Shown one piece after another: positions 1 through 13,701 of a stretch of 64,000 nucleotides of DNA (its first letter is position 1; each line of letters opens with the position of its first letter). The notes under the pieces are model-generated. The model saw nothing but the letters and a program-made list of their open reading frames with translations. It did no database searches and had not been told where the DNA came from. The translations under genes and the position numbers were made by a program. This DNA is from Neoconidiobolus thromboides FSU 785. Taxonomy: Eukaryota > Fungi > Entomophthoromycota. The DNA is taken from the NCBI GenBank assembly GCA_025603075.1, contig MU626309.1, positions 1-64,000 of the forward strand. The letters run 5' to 3'.

Positions 1-44
1 AATAGCTGTTCTTGACTCCAAACCCTGAGTACCAGATTTCACAG
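1..44. repeat. 44-bp exact direct repeat, copy 1 (truncated by window start)
   Basis: aatagctgttcttgactccaaaccctgagtaccagatttcacag at 1-44 is identical to 932-975; the sequences diverge immediately after. Confidence 0.95.
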
Positions 45-177
45 CTATGAAAGTTTGTATTTTATTTTTATTTCAACAAAAAATAAAGCCAAATAACTGT
101 AATTATATAATTATATAATCATATAGTTATATATTATATATCTATTAAATATCTAACAGAAATAACATAAAACATAT

Positions 178-276
178 GGGGCTGTTTTTTTTAGCTTCAT
201 TGCTTTTTCCATTTTTTAAGCCCTATTTGAGCGGAAAAATTGTTAGCAAAATTCTTAAACATAAAAATACATCCTC
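178..276 (+). mobile_element. ~98-bp TIR element (MITE), copy 1
   Basis: GGGGCTGTTTTT...AAAAATACATCCTC; internal TTCATT..TTTTTCCATTTTTTAAGC..CTATTTGAGCGGAAAAATTGTTAGCAAAATTCTTAAAC shared with 13 other copies; flanks ATAT/AAAA. Confidence 0.85.
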
Positions 277-931
277 AAAATAAGTTTTAAATAGAGAGAT
301 TTAATTTAGGCTTTTTAGATTTAACCGTCACATTAGATACAAATTTAAAAATTTAAAATTTGGATTAACTTCTAAGTAAATTCTGAAACCAATTCGGACA
401 ACCCCATATTCAGATGAAAATAACTCTTCATCAATTGTATAATTGCTTTTTTTAATAGGCTCTACTTTATTAACACAGCTATTTTTGTCTTTTCTATTGT
501 ATTGGAATGCTGTGAAATATCGCTTTGTCAGTCCCATGGTTAATTATAACATAACAATCGCCTAAGCTGTTGTGTTCTCGAGCTCAGAGGAAATCAATCC
601 CATGTTCTTATTTTGATTTGTTATGAGAATTTCTAGCTCCATCCAAAAGAATATTATCTTCTCATTTTGATATTTATACTTTTCAGAGTATAAAAGAGTT
701 TACAGAGTATAATAGTTCGAGGCTTTTTAACTAAATTATTCCCTGATATCTCGAACATTTAATAAAGCCACTAAGTTTTCTTAATAGTATTTTGCATAGA
801 TTTTACATTAGTATTGTCTATTCTATTTGTCTTATATAGTCTGTAACCTATTACGTGCTATTCCTCATAATCCAAGTCTATCTTAGTCACATAAACTAAG
901 ACCTTTCGACTTATAGTGTAGTCAACCCAGC

Positions 932-975
932 AATAGCTGTTCTTGACTCCAAACCCTGAGTACCAGATTTCACAG
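932..975. repeat. 44-bp exact direct repeat, copy 2
   Basis: identical to 1-44. Confidence 0.95.
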
Positions 976-1629
976 TATAACGCATAAAGCGTTAGGAAAA
1001 CCAAAGCAGTATCAGGACTAAAACCAGAAGGAACAGGAGGAAATTAGCTTAAATTTATTAAGTATTATAAACATATCAGTAATTATCTCGAGTTTTTTCT
1101 CTCTAAAAAATCTTGTAATAACTAATAAAGCTTTATTAAAGCAAAAACACTATACTGTATAGCATATAATAAAATTGCTAAGATTATTTATAGACAGTTA
1201 TTAAATTAACAGATTTTACGTAGTAATGCCAAGATGATTTTCATTATTAGTTACTAATAGGTAACAATTCCTATAATTTCTACAATACGAGCAATTATCA
1301 AAAATGTCCCAATGTTAAAGTTAATAATCGATATAAACAGTTTTTGATTTTATTAAGGACAAACTGTATTTTTTGTAGGAAACTTCTAAACAGTATACCG
1401 AATACTATTTAGACACACCCTTTTTATGTAGTGATCATTGTATTCAATTATAATAAAATATGGGTATAGGTCAGTTGTCTGGTATGCTATTAGCGTACAT
1501 TTCTAGCCATAATACTCTTTTTCTTATACACAACATGGTCTAAAATAATCAAACACAATGAAAAGTTAGGATTTTGCTGACTTACAAACTTTTAAATATT
1601 ATAATTTAAAACCAATAAAAAAGCAACAT

Positions 1630-1727
1630 GGGGATGTATTTTTGTATTTAGGAGCTTTACTAACAATTTTTCTACTCAAATAGTGCTTAAAAGATGGAAA
1701 AAATGATGAAGCTAAAAAAACATTTCT
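1630..1727 (-). mobile_element. ~98-bp MITE, copy 2
   Basis: reverse-complement copy; flanked by ACAT (1626-1629) and ACAT (1728-1731). Confidence 0.85.
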
Positions 1728-1731
1728 ACAT

Positions 1732-1829
1732 GGGGGTGTTTTTTTGGCTTCATTATTTTTTCCATCTTTTAAGCGCTATTTAAGCGGAAAAATTATTAGC
1801 AAAATTCTTAAACACAGAAATACATCCCC
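1732..1829 (+). mobile_element. ~98-bp MITE, copy 3 (abuts copy 2, inverted)
   Basis: GGGGGTGTTTTTTT...AAATACATCCCC; flanks ACAT/ATAT; 81/98 identical to the reverse complement of copy 2 by manual alignment. Confidence 0.88.
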
Positions 1830-3840
1830 ATATAGTTCCTATATTTTTCTCTTCAAAATATTAATTAAAGATGCTTTATTTGTTCAAATTTTACTTTTAA
1901 TTAGACTAGATTTAATCATTAATTGTGAGAGAGTTTAAACCAGTTTAAACCAGTTAATATTGGATTCAATAAATATCTATTGTTCACTAGTAAATGCTAT
2001 TATATCGATCAACAAACTGCTTATCAAAACTAAAACATATTCCTTAGTTATTATCTCAATAAAATCAGAGCAAGATTATACAGGTTACAATCATGTCATA
2101 AGAATAGCCCCAGCTTCTCGATTTTTGATTATTAGTTTTAGGAACCTTTTTAAAATAACTGGCAAAGTTTTAAATTTTTGATAGCTAATAATTCGAAAAA
2201 AATGGCAACTATTTTGAGAGTGATATGGCAATTTTTTAGTAATAAAAGATAACTATTAGAATCAAAACCTTGCAAAATTCAACAAAAATTGTATAAATCA
2301 CTATAATACAAAAGACAAAATGAATGAATAGTATATAATATATAGGTATAGATGGAAGATATAGGATACGATTATAGTTTTAGAAACAATTTAATATTTT
2401 TTAGCATTAGATATATAGCTATCTAATTATATTTTGTTGTTTAAAATAACTTATGGCAAGATAGCCTTTATTCAAAATAACATTTATATTTGAAAAATAT
2501 AAATCAAATAATCCTTCCTATTTAATGGTTCATATAGTTTAGTAAAAATCGAACCCCATCCTCCATAGCCGAGTTTCTTCAGTAACTCCAAAATACCTTT
2601 ATATTAGTTCTCAAAAGTCGACGCTAATAAACTATCACTGTCCGATCCCATCAGAACACCATTTTTCGAGGATGTCAAAGTCATATAATAGTGACCCATA
2701 ATAACAGTACATAATAAAGGTACATTTTTTAAAGCTATTGGTAGGTTCTTTGTTTTTCAACGATAGTCAGACAATATTTAACAGTTATTTTTTAGCACTA
2801 CTTTTTAATCCCTTAATACCATGATAGTAGTAGTTTAAGTTTATACTACTTTTAGTTAATACTCCAATTATTTTAAAACGGTTACTGGGAGCTGAAAACG
2901 TGAAAATAAGCCATAGCTAAAGTTGATCAGATCATGCTAGATCAGTGGTTTCATTAATTTGTAGTATCATTTGTGATACACAAATAAAAAAATAGGCTTA
3001 CTAAAATCGTTTATGTTGATGTTTATATATAGCAAACGTACTAAACTGAATAGATTGCTAAAATAAGTGGCTTTTTATAATGGATCTAAGCTGCCATAGT
3101 CAATGTTGGCTCCAAACGTAGAAGATAATTCATTGATTGAATTAAATATTTAAAGAGATGCTGGTAAAGGATGTCGATTTATGGTTTATAGACAATATCT
3201 AACTATATTATTAGGTTAAATATGCTTATTAACTTTTTTAAACCCCAATTCGAATAGTATACCACTATTAAAGTTAATATCGGTTGATTTGTGTATTGTT
3301 TTGACAAAATAAATAAATGATGGTGATTTCATATTTATTTTTGCAGCAATACTGGAATGTATAATGATCTTTCCTTTACAAAAAACACACATAGATTAAT
3401 TAGATTTAATAGTATTACTTCATTATTCGATCAAAAATGCCGGGTATCAGCTAATCAAAAAAAATACTTATTTCCAGTGGGTATGAGTTAAGTATAAAGC
3501 TCGTATATATTGGTCTTTAAAATGGCTGCAAAAACACTTTGTTAATAAGTTAACAAAACTACACGTTAGTAAATTTACATGATTAATTCATCAACAAGAG
3601 TTGATCTTGCATTGGAAAAAACTAGTTAAAAGTAATTTCAAACTCAGTTTGGTTTTAATGAATAGAGTATATTTTTTAGTTTAGTTTTTGTCATCAAAAT
3701 AAATAATCTGACAACTCATTAAAATAAAAATTAACCAATAACCTATCTTGGATCTTAAGCATAACTTTTTTTTGGAAAAAATAATTTTATAAAGTATAAA
3801 ATGATTAAATTCTGAAAAGTTTAGCATTTATTGCAAAAAA

Positions 3841-5877
3841 ATGAGTAAAAACAATGATCAAAATGTAAACAATTCTTATCTTTATTTTTTAAATTTTAAC
3901 TCTGTTTAGAAACATATAGTAAATTTGAATAATCTAAAAGTGGATAATTTAAATACAATAGATGATAGATACGCTCCAAATAGCAAAAATGCAAACAATG
4001 TATTCAGTATATCTAGACGTAAGTATAGAAAGCCTTTAGAAGTGGACTATAAAAGACCAGACAATTTCTTTGAGTTGTCAAAAAAGGAACAGGATCGATT
4101 CATGAAAAAATATACACAAAAACGTAAAGAAGCTGAAGCTAAAGCCAAGGCTGAAGCTGAAGTGCAGCACAAATCCCAAGAGTTGAAGGAGCGTACCAAT
4201 AGCTCAATGAGTAGTCAATTGGCTAAAGAGAAACACAAGTATCATATGCAAAAGAATGCTGAAAAACAAGAAAAAGCTGAGATGCAACGTAAAATACAAG
4301 AGCTAGAGGAAGATACCAATGGCCCGAAGGAAAACTTATCAACTGTAGAAAAGAGGCTTAAACCAGTCTCTAATAAAAAATTATCCTCCAGTATAGTTAA
4401 TGGTAATAAGAACTATCAAGAAGTGAACTACCAAGAATCTATTCACGATAAAACCTCGGATGATGAAGATAATATAGGAGGATTTGTTAAGATTAATGGT
4501 TTTGTATATAAGTATTATGAGCTTAAAGTACGTATGTATGATGAGATCAACCATGAAAATGAAATTAAAAATCCAGTCAACTTACATCCAAAACCATCAT
4601 ATATCTCAGATTCAAGGCAGATCAAAGGTAGTAAATATAGTAAATGGAATGCCAATAAATTGATTTACTCAGTTCAACCAAAAGGAAAGGGAGATGATGG
4701 TAAACCGATGACTAAAAAAATGGTAGGCATTGCTATTCTATTGTATAACATCCTATTAATATTTGAAGTTCAAAGAGCAATCATTGATAAAATTTGAAAC
4801 AGTAAATGGAAAAAAATATATGAAATTAAATATGCTTGGGGCAGGAGCATCTTCAAGGGTATTTAAGGTGATCGACTTTGGGACTTTAAAGGTGCTTGCA
4901 TTAAAGATCATTGATATCAAAGGAGTGAGTCAAAATATAACGAATTTGTATCGTACCGAAATTGAAGTGTTAAAAGAATTTACGAACGACCCGCATGTGA
5001 TTCAACTATTTGAATTTGAATTTATAGAAAATGCTGAGATAAAATTGGTATACATTTTAAAGTAGTATTGTAAATAATTGATTAATTTTATTTTAGATTT
5101 TTGAATTGGGTACATCCAACTTTGTCGAATACTTAAAGTTCGCACATGATAATCAGTATAATCCAATTGGATTTGCAAAGTTTAGATGGAAAGAGGTATT
5201 AAATATTAAATTGAAGGAATATAGCGTTAACAGAAATGTTAGATGGTGTTAGCAGTTAAGGCATTACACGATAAAGGAATTGTTCACTGTGATTTAAAAA
5301 TGGATAATTTTGTAGTAGCTTGTGGCAAAGTAAAAGTAATTGATCTTGGATTGGCTTTGAAGTTAGGTAGTGGACAAAAGTGGGGTAAAAAGTATGAAGT
5401 GGTAATTACAATTCTTACCTCGCTGTAATTTGGTAGTAATTTTTATAGCAAGGTACACCAGATTATTTAGCGCCAGAAGCCATTATTGGTTACCCATCAG
5501 TTGACCCCAATGCTAATGAGGGTAAATTAGAATATTTGGTATTTTATATTTAATCAAAAGTATCAATACTAATAAATCAACCCTAGGTTGGCTTTCCAGC
5601 GGATATATGGGGATTGGGATGTATATTATATACAATGATTTATGGGCGTAGTATATTTAATCGAAAGTATGATATACCACAAATTAGGCTCGTATTGAGA
5701 AGTAGTGCACCAATTGAGAATGATGTAGAATTTGATGATAAAATTAAAGCTGGTGAAGGATTTGTGACTGTACCCAAAAGCCTTAAGAGATTGATTAAGG
5801 CTTGTCTTGTAAAGGATCCTGAAAAAAGGATTTCGATTCATGGAATTCTTAATCATCTTTTTTTGGAAGGTGTTTGA
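3841..5877 (+). CDS. MPS1/TTK-like dual-specificity protein kinase (multi-exon, divergent)
   Basis: Long charged N-terminus, then GAGASSRVFKV, LALK, HCDLKMDNFV, DLG, GTPDYLAPEA, DIWGLGCILYTMIYG, CLVKDPEKR; spliced from ORFs at 3925, 4763, 5243 and 5614 across short GT-AG introns. ATG at 3841 inferred. Confidence 0.75.
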
Positions 5878-6255
5878 ATCACAAACATTTTTTTGTACCG
5901 TTTTGATTTTAAAAGCTTTGGTGGCTTTCTTTAATAATTGATACCCCTTTTATTTTGTTTGGATTATTTATACCCTGCTTTTTTGTTTGTTGAAATATAG
6001 TATACACATATGTATATTTTTAGGTTTATTTTATTTTATTTATTTATTTATTTTCCCCTTTTATTAAATATATATCTTTCTAGATAGTACAGTAATAAAG
6101 CTTTTATATTTAATGTTTTTTTAAAATAAAAGTTACTAAAAATAATTTCACTCTTAAATAATGCATTATATTATATAGTGTAAACTTAAGAAACTACAAA
6201 TTATTCAAAATCAACTTTTATTTTTATAACTAGAAAGCAAAAGCAAATTGTTGAA

Positions 6256-8045
6256 ATGGATAAAGAAAGGATCAGAAGAACGATAGTTAGTCTCACAGAA
6301 ATTGATAAGTACAAACGAGAACGCCTGATACTGAGTGGGGCCAATAACACCTTACAACTGACTGAGACAGAGTATCAAGATTTAAATCTCTCCTGTAATT
6401 TTAGGCTAAAAACAATAGCAGATTTAATAAAAGGTTTTTAAAATTGAATTTAGAATCGAATACACTAAAGTAATATAAAAAAGAGGAAGAAGATAAGCAA
6501 TGTACATTAAAGTTCGGGGTCCAAGAGATAGATAGCTTATTTCAGTATAATGATGATATAACTAGGACTACATTGATTGCAGATGAGTTTATGGAATCAA
6601 TTGGACTGCCATTAAAAAGCATTGTTGAAATTACTGGGATCTTGGGAATTGGCAAAACAAGTTTATGGTAAACTGCTTTTTTTAAATGATGTATGTTTCT
6701 AAATGTGATGTAGTTTACAATTAGCACTGAACATTCAGATTCCAAGTTCTGAAAATGATTTCGTGCCTAATCAAACAGTTTATATTGGTAAGTATACATT
6801 TTTTTAAGACTCTTATTTACCTTTTTTAGTCACTGATGGCTCTCTATCTACTACTCTTTCAAGAGCTAATGAAATGTATCAGGGGATAGGTATATTTAGC
6901 TAATAGTGAAATAATTTTAATTAATTTTGTTTTTAGATGATTTTAACACAAGTATAGAAAACATACATTTTTTTAATACGAATGAATATTCGGAAATATT
7001 GGATTTATTTAAAGAATTAGTCTCTAATAATTATGTAATCGAAAATAACGTAACTTTATTTTATTTTATTTTATTTATCTTATTAATTTATTTAAATATT
7101 AGATAAAATTGATAGTACTTGATTCATTATCGTTTCCCTTTTATCAAAACTTTCCAAGGTTTCAAGATAAAATTAAACAAGTACGTAAACTAGCAGTATT
7201 GATGAATCAACTGACAACTGAATTTGATCTAACAGTAATTCTATTTTATAAAAGTGAGTATTAAAATTAATTAATATCAGATAGTAATTACAAATCAGCT
7301 TGTACTGCTACCAAATAGCTCCTCTTCGAATTCAAATTCTTCTTTACAACCATATTTAGGTAAATTAATGATGCTTTTGTAAAATAACAATATTGATAGT
7401 TGGTTAAGGAGAAGCATGGAAAATTATACCAAATCATCAATTATTTTTGTATTATAATCAAAAGTCAGAAAGGTAATTTAAATTAAATCTGAACTTTATC
7501 TAATTAACAATGTTTAGAAACATCTTACTATCAAAATCAAGTACATTCAAAGAATCAAATATTCTATTTAATTTTGATGTAATTAATATTTATTAATATT
7601 AAATCTTGATTTAACTCTTATTTTCTAGATGTATGGCAGAATTTATACCCAAATGGATACTAGTCGTTCATTTGAAAGGTCAAATAGTATAAATACACAA
7701 AAAACTTCTAGTTTTCGCTCTCAAGCTTTAACAAACTCAACATTTCATCCAGATTTGAGTTCATCCCAAGGAGATGAGGAATATGGCCAAGAAAATGTAA
7801 ATGAATTACCATCAACATTAAAAAGGAGCCTTGAAGAAATTGAAAATGATTTAGATGATCAATTAGAGCTAGTTAATAATAGGGATAGGGGTGTTAATGA
7901 AAGTGAAAACCAACAAAGCTTAATAAATGACGATGATAATGAATATGAGACGCAGGTAAACAGCCTAAGGTTAGTTAATAATCTTGATGAGTTTATGTCA
8001 GATATGGATGAGGATTTATCTCAGCTAACGGAGTTTAGTGATTGA
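6256..8045 (+). CDS. RAD51 paralogue, RAD51C-like, with acidic C-terminal tail exon
   Basis: FGVQEIDSLF, Walker A EITGILGIGKT, Walker B LIVLDSLSFPF, VITNQL, PYLGEAW, ILLSKSS..ESNILFNFD; phase-0 intron 7579-7628 joins in frame to ORF 7629-8045. Confidence 0.75.
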
Positions 8046-8775
8046 CTAAAAGAAAAGTCAATGATGCATTATTTCTGCTTTGCATATTTAATAAACCAAA
8101 GTAAATTAATATTATGAAATTAATTATTAAATGAATCGTGCTATTGAGAGAAAAATCAAAACATGGTTAAGAGTATAAACAAGTAAAATCTAATTCATAG
8201 ATTGTAGTATCTCGAAATTTTAATTTTTTCCTTCAGCTATCAATTTTGTTTGAACAAAAGTAATAAAAATAAACAAAAATAGTAAGAGAATATAAAAGAA
8301 AAAACTAAAATAACAAAAGTAATCTAAAGCACTAATAATAAAATATAATTATCTAATAATTCATAGAATTCATTTTATATATAGTTTTAGTAAACTCAAA
8401 TTAAGCATTTTAAAATCTGCATTCGAAACCAACAACTTATGTTATTTAGCAAATTAGTGACGTATTACTCCGATAAAAAACTAAAGACCCAATTAGAGAC
8501 TTCAATTAGTATAGGAGAAAAACCCATTTGATTAGCTAAAATTAGTAACACGAACCAATCAATTAAACATGATTTTATCCAAACATTAAAAAATCAAACA
8601 TCATCTGGTTCAGCCAAGCTACTAAGCAAGTTGAATACGGGTAAGAATTACCTAAGGTAATTATTAATGTAGAATAAGCCAATTATAACGGACATTGGAC
8701 AGGATTTATGAATTTATCAGAATAAAAAGAAACTCATTAAAAGCTTATTTGATTACTTTTTTCTTATAATTAAAA

Positions 8776-10075
<1,300 letters not shown>

Positions 10076-10459
10076 ACCAATAAACATTTATAGTATTATA
10101 TTATTTAAATATACATAAAGTTGTCTTCAATCGTCTGTTAAATAGTTTTAATATATTAAATGAACATGTCATTTGTTTAAAAAAAATTAATAGAGTATTA
10201 GTCAAAGATGAACTTTTATGAAGATACTAATTTAAAAGCATAATAGATCAAAATTTTAAAAAATGCATTACAGAAGAAACAATAAAAATTCAATTTAATT
10301 CATTTATTTTAAAGGAAACTAAATTATAATTTTTATAGTTAAACTACTATACTTTGTTAATAGTAATAACAATTATAAGTTAAAATTATCATAAAAACCA
10401 GCATCTATTAATCCAAATTTACTACTTATGAACCATAACTCCCAACCCATATACACTTA

Positions 10460-12178
10460 TTAAAAAACAAATTCCCTCTTTACAGCTTTATGAATAAAAT
10501 TAATAATTTTTAAATTATTATTAACATCAGTAACAAAACTTCCTTTCTTCCCTATCTTTTTAAAATAATTAAATGTTTCCATAACAATTCCTTTATCTCC
10601 TTCTTTATCTCCTTCTTTTTCATTGCTAACTTCTTGTTGATACCTTAAATAGAATACAATACCTTGGCTTATTAAAGCTACATCTCCACTAGTGAGATAT
10701 TTGGATGATAGTTGAACCCCATAGCTTAGGAATACTTCGCATTCAGCCAAGGCTTTTGTTAAATGAGAAGTGGGATTGGTGGTATCATTCAAATGTGTAT
10801 TAGAATTATAAAATAATAAAGAAAGCGTAAAAAAAGAAATATAATGAGATAAGAATTGAATTCGTAGTTGATAGTAATATAATGGGATAGAGGAGTTGAT
10901 TGATTTTCGTTTAATATCTTCAAATATTGTAATATGAGTTAATTGAATTTGTTTCGTTTTTGTTAAGATGAAGTTAATATAAGATAGTTTTTCGGAAGAG
11001 ATTGATTGATTAATAAATTTTTGTTTCAATTTGTTCAAATCCAACAATATAAAACAAACTTCATTATAATATAAACAGAATGTTAGTTTACAATTTAAAT
11101 TAAAATTATCATCTCCATTAAACTCCAGCTTTTTTTTGTCTCTTATATTATGAATAAATTTCTTTACATGTCTTCTTAAATTAATTAAAACATACGGTTG
11201 TATTAAATTTGTACCATAACTCAACCTCAATAAAGTATAATAAATCATTAACGAACAATATAACATTATTCTCTGTACATCCAGTTTCCAATTTAATTTT
11301 CGATTAAAATGTAACCCAACACAAGTAGCTGCTTTAATACAATATTCAATATAGATATCCACAAAATTTGAAATCCAATATACGGATGTTGGACTTAATA
11401 ATAATATAAATATAGCCTGTATATTTTCTAAAGTAGGTGGAATACGATGTGGGAATTTGAATTTTTGAATTAATTTTGATTTAAAATAATCTACCAAAGA
11501 GTTACGCTGAGTAGATTCTTCCATCCTTAACAACCCATTTAAAAATATAGCTGCTTTTAAAGTAGAAGAATAAGTATTAAATTCCAATTTGGAATCATTA
11601 AATAACGGGAATACTGTATTACAAGTAGAATGGTATAATTCATAGGCTTGGGTTAATAATACGTTACTTGAGGAAACAGGTAATGGAAGAGTTAAACTAA
11701 AAAGATGAAGTTTATTGGTAGATTTTTTAAAGATACCATATTTCTCAGCTAATATAATTAATAAGGATAGCTCTTGCGACTTTTCCGACATAATTGGAAA
11801 TTGTAATAAACATCTTAGGTTTTCAAAGTTATGCTTTTTAATGACTTTGGAAAATACTTGACTTGGGAATTGAATTGTAGTAATTGATTTATAGTTAGGT
11901 TGATATGATAGGCCATCTTTAAATTTAAATACTTTAGAGGGTTTATCTTCAGAAGGTTTATTGACTTTGGTATTTAATTTGAAAGAATAAAGATTGGTCT
12001 CTAAGTGAAGTAATTGCTTCTTTTCCTTATGGATTATTAAATAAGTACATGTTATTTTCTTTAATTTACAATTACTACACCCAGGTAAAAGTCGGTCACA
12101 TTTTATATGTCGTTTAGTACATTGATCACATCGATGGGGATTAAACCTTGAAGCAACTGTATCGTCGTTTGGGTTCAT
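10460..12178 (-). CDS. Zn(II)2Cys6 fungal transcription factor, intronless
   Basis: CDQCTKRHIKCDRLLPGCSNCKLKKITC near the N-terminus if started at ATG 12178; downstream fungal TF middle-homology-like region. Confidence 0.85.
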   Translation of the reverse strand: MNPNDDTVASRFNPHRCDQCTKRHIKCDRLLPGCSNCKLKKITCTYLIIHKEKKQLLHLETNLYSFKLNTKVNKPSEDKPSKVFKFKDGLSYQPNYKSITTIQFPSQVFSKVIKKHNFENLRCLLQFPIMSEKSQELSLLIILAEKYGIFKKSTNKLHLFSLTLPLPVSSSNVLLTQAYELYHSTCNTVFPLFNDSKLEFNTYSSTLKAAIFLNGLLRMEESTQRNSLVDYFKSKLIQKFKFPHRIPPTLENIQAIFILLLSPTSVYWISNFVDIYIEYCIKAATCVGLHFNRKLNWKLDVQRIMLYCSLMIYYTLLRLSYGTNLIQPYVLINLRRHVKKFIHNIRDKKKLEFNGDDNFNLNCKLTFCLYYNEVCFILLDLNKLKQKFINQSISSEKLSYINFILTKTKQIQLTHITIFEDIKRKSINSSIPLYYYQLRIQFLSHYISFFTLSLLFYNSNTHLNDTTNPTSHLTKALAECEVFLSYGVQLSSKYLTSGDVALISQGIVFYLRYQQEVSNEKEGDKEGDKGIVMETFNYFKKIGKKGSFVTDVNNNLKIINFIHKAVKREFVF

Positions 12179-12637
12179 TTCAAATAATAGAAAAAAGTGA
12201 AAGAATAAAAAACATTTGAGGTAAAAATTTTGATTTTTAATAAAAAAAGTAGAAATTAATAAGCAAAATAATTGAATAAGTGAGTTAGAAATAGTAGTAT
12301 AAATAATTGACAAATCACTATAGTTGGAAAAATTACTTCACTCAAAACCGGTTTATTATTATTTAAGTGGTATTCTATTATCATTGTGCTTAAGTAATGA
12401 GTGAAATTGATAGTAGTTTAGTAAAGGTATACATTAATATAAGTAATTTGTTATTAATTTAAACTATTTTATAATAAATTTATAATAATTAATTGCAATA
12501 CTAGTTTATTAAATATATTAATATTTATAATATTTTATAGATCTGGGATTCAATAAATTAAAGAATAAAAATTAATTTTATATAAAATTATTTAATAAGT
12601 TTCTAATAAACCCGAGTTAACCTTTTTCTTTCTTAAA

Positions 12638-12744
12638 ATGGTAACCATCGAGGAAAAGAGTTTAAATTTAAATTTAGTAAAATATTTCAAATTCAACCAA
12701 GAACAATTATATATTAAAAAAAATAATATAAAAGAAAAAAGTGC

Positions 12745-12781
<37 letters not shown>

Positions 12782-13645
12782 CAAAACATAGTAGAAGTTA
12801 ATACAAGTTTCACTGGAAAAATTATAAAGATTCGAAAATTAAGTAAAAAATTGATATTTTTAGAAGTACAGAGTGAACAGGATGAACATATCCTTGAAGT
12901 CATGTTAAATAGTTATATTATTCAACAAGACATATTAACACAATATAGAAATGAATTAAAATTAATGGATTCTATTAAAGTTATTGGTGATTTAGAACAT
13001 ATACTAAAAAAACATAATGAAGAGGAATCAGAAGATAAGAATCAGTTTTTACTTATTGCAAAGAAAGTTAATATTATAAAAAAGAGAGATTGGTTACCAC
13101 CTTCTTTAACAGATCAAAATCGTAGTGATAAATCTATATTAAATTATCAACCAATAATATTAAAATCTAGTAATAGTAATGGTACTAAGTTAGGCATTTG
13201 TAAATATTGGCTAAACAATCAAAAATGTAATAAGAATAGAGAATGTAATTATCAACATCCAGAGGGAAATATTGTTGAATTGAGAAAACAATATGTTAAA
13301 GAGGTAAATGTTTATTAATACTATTAATTAAGTAACTGTTTGTTTATTTTTATTTTACTTTATATCTAGAGACTCGAAATTAAGGGATTAAAAATTAAAC
13401 AATTAGAAGGATATTATGATAACAAGGAATCAATAGACATTAGTTTAATTAAAAAAAAGAAAGAAATGGTAATTATAATAAGAGATTTTTTAATTCAACA
13501 ATACGGTATTGAATATTTATCAAAACATAATGGTATATTAGAAGTAGCAGGTGGGAGAGGAGATTTAGCATTTGAATTCTTTACTAAATTAAATATCAAC
13601 TATAGAATTGTAAGTTAATATAATAATAACAATAATGATAATTTA

Positions 13646-13701
<56 letters not shown>

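Noticed and set aside
328-537. 69-aa minus-strand ORF and nearby 60-aa frames
   Set aside because: No recognisable motifs; may be decayed element sequence but unsupported
917-974. TG...CA segment as a mini-LTR of a TRIM
   Set aside because: Too short, and no PBS or PPT on either strand
1744-1938. 64-aa ORF (and the 80-aa ORF at 53781-54023)
   Set aside because: Both are read through MITE copies, which explains their mutual similarity (RYLSGK..SKIL); no evidence of a real protein
2545-2600. Minus-strand GGGGTTCGATT resembles a tRNA T-loop
   Set aside because: No complementary T-stem, acceptor stem or D-arm can be formed
2640-2700. CCGATCCCATCAGAAC resembles part of 5S rRNA
   Set aside because: Only ~15 bp match; the flanks do not follow 5S sequence or spacing
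8652-8668. Palindrome AATTACCT-A-AGGTAATT upstream of PEP4
   Set aside because: A single AT-rich 8-bp arm palindrome is expected by chance at this composition
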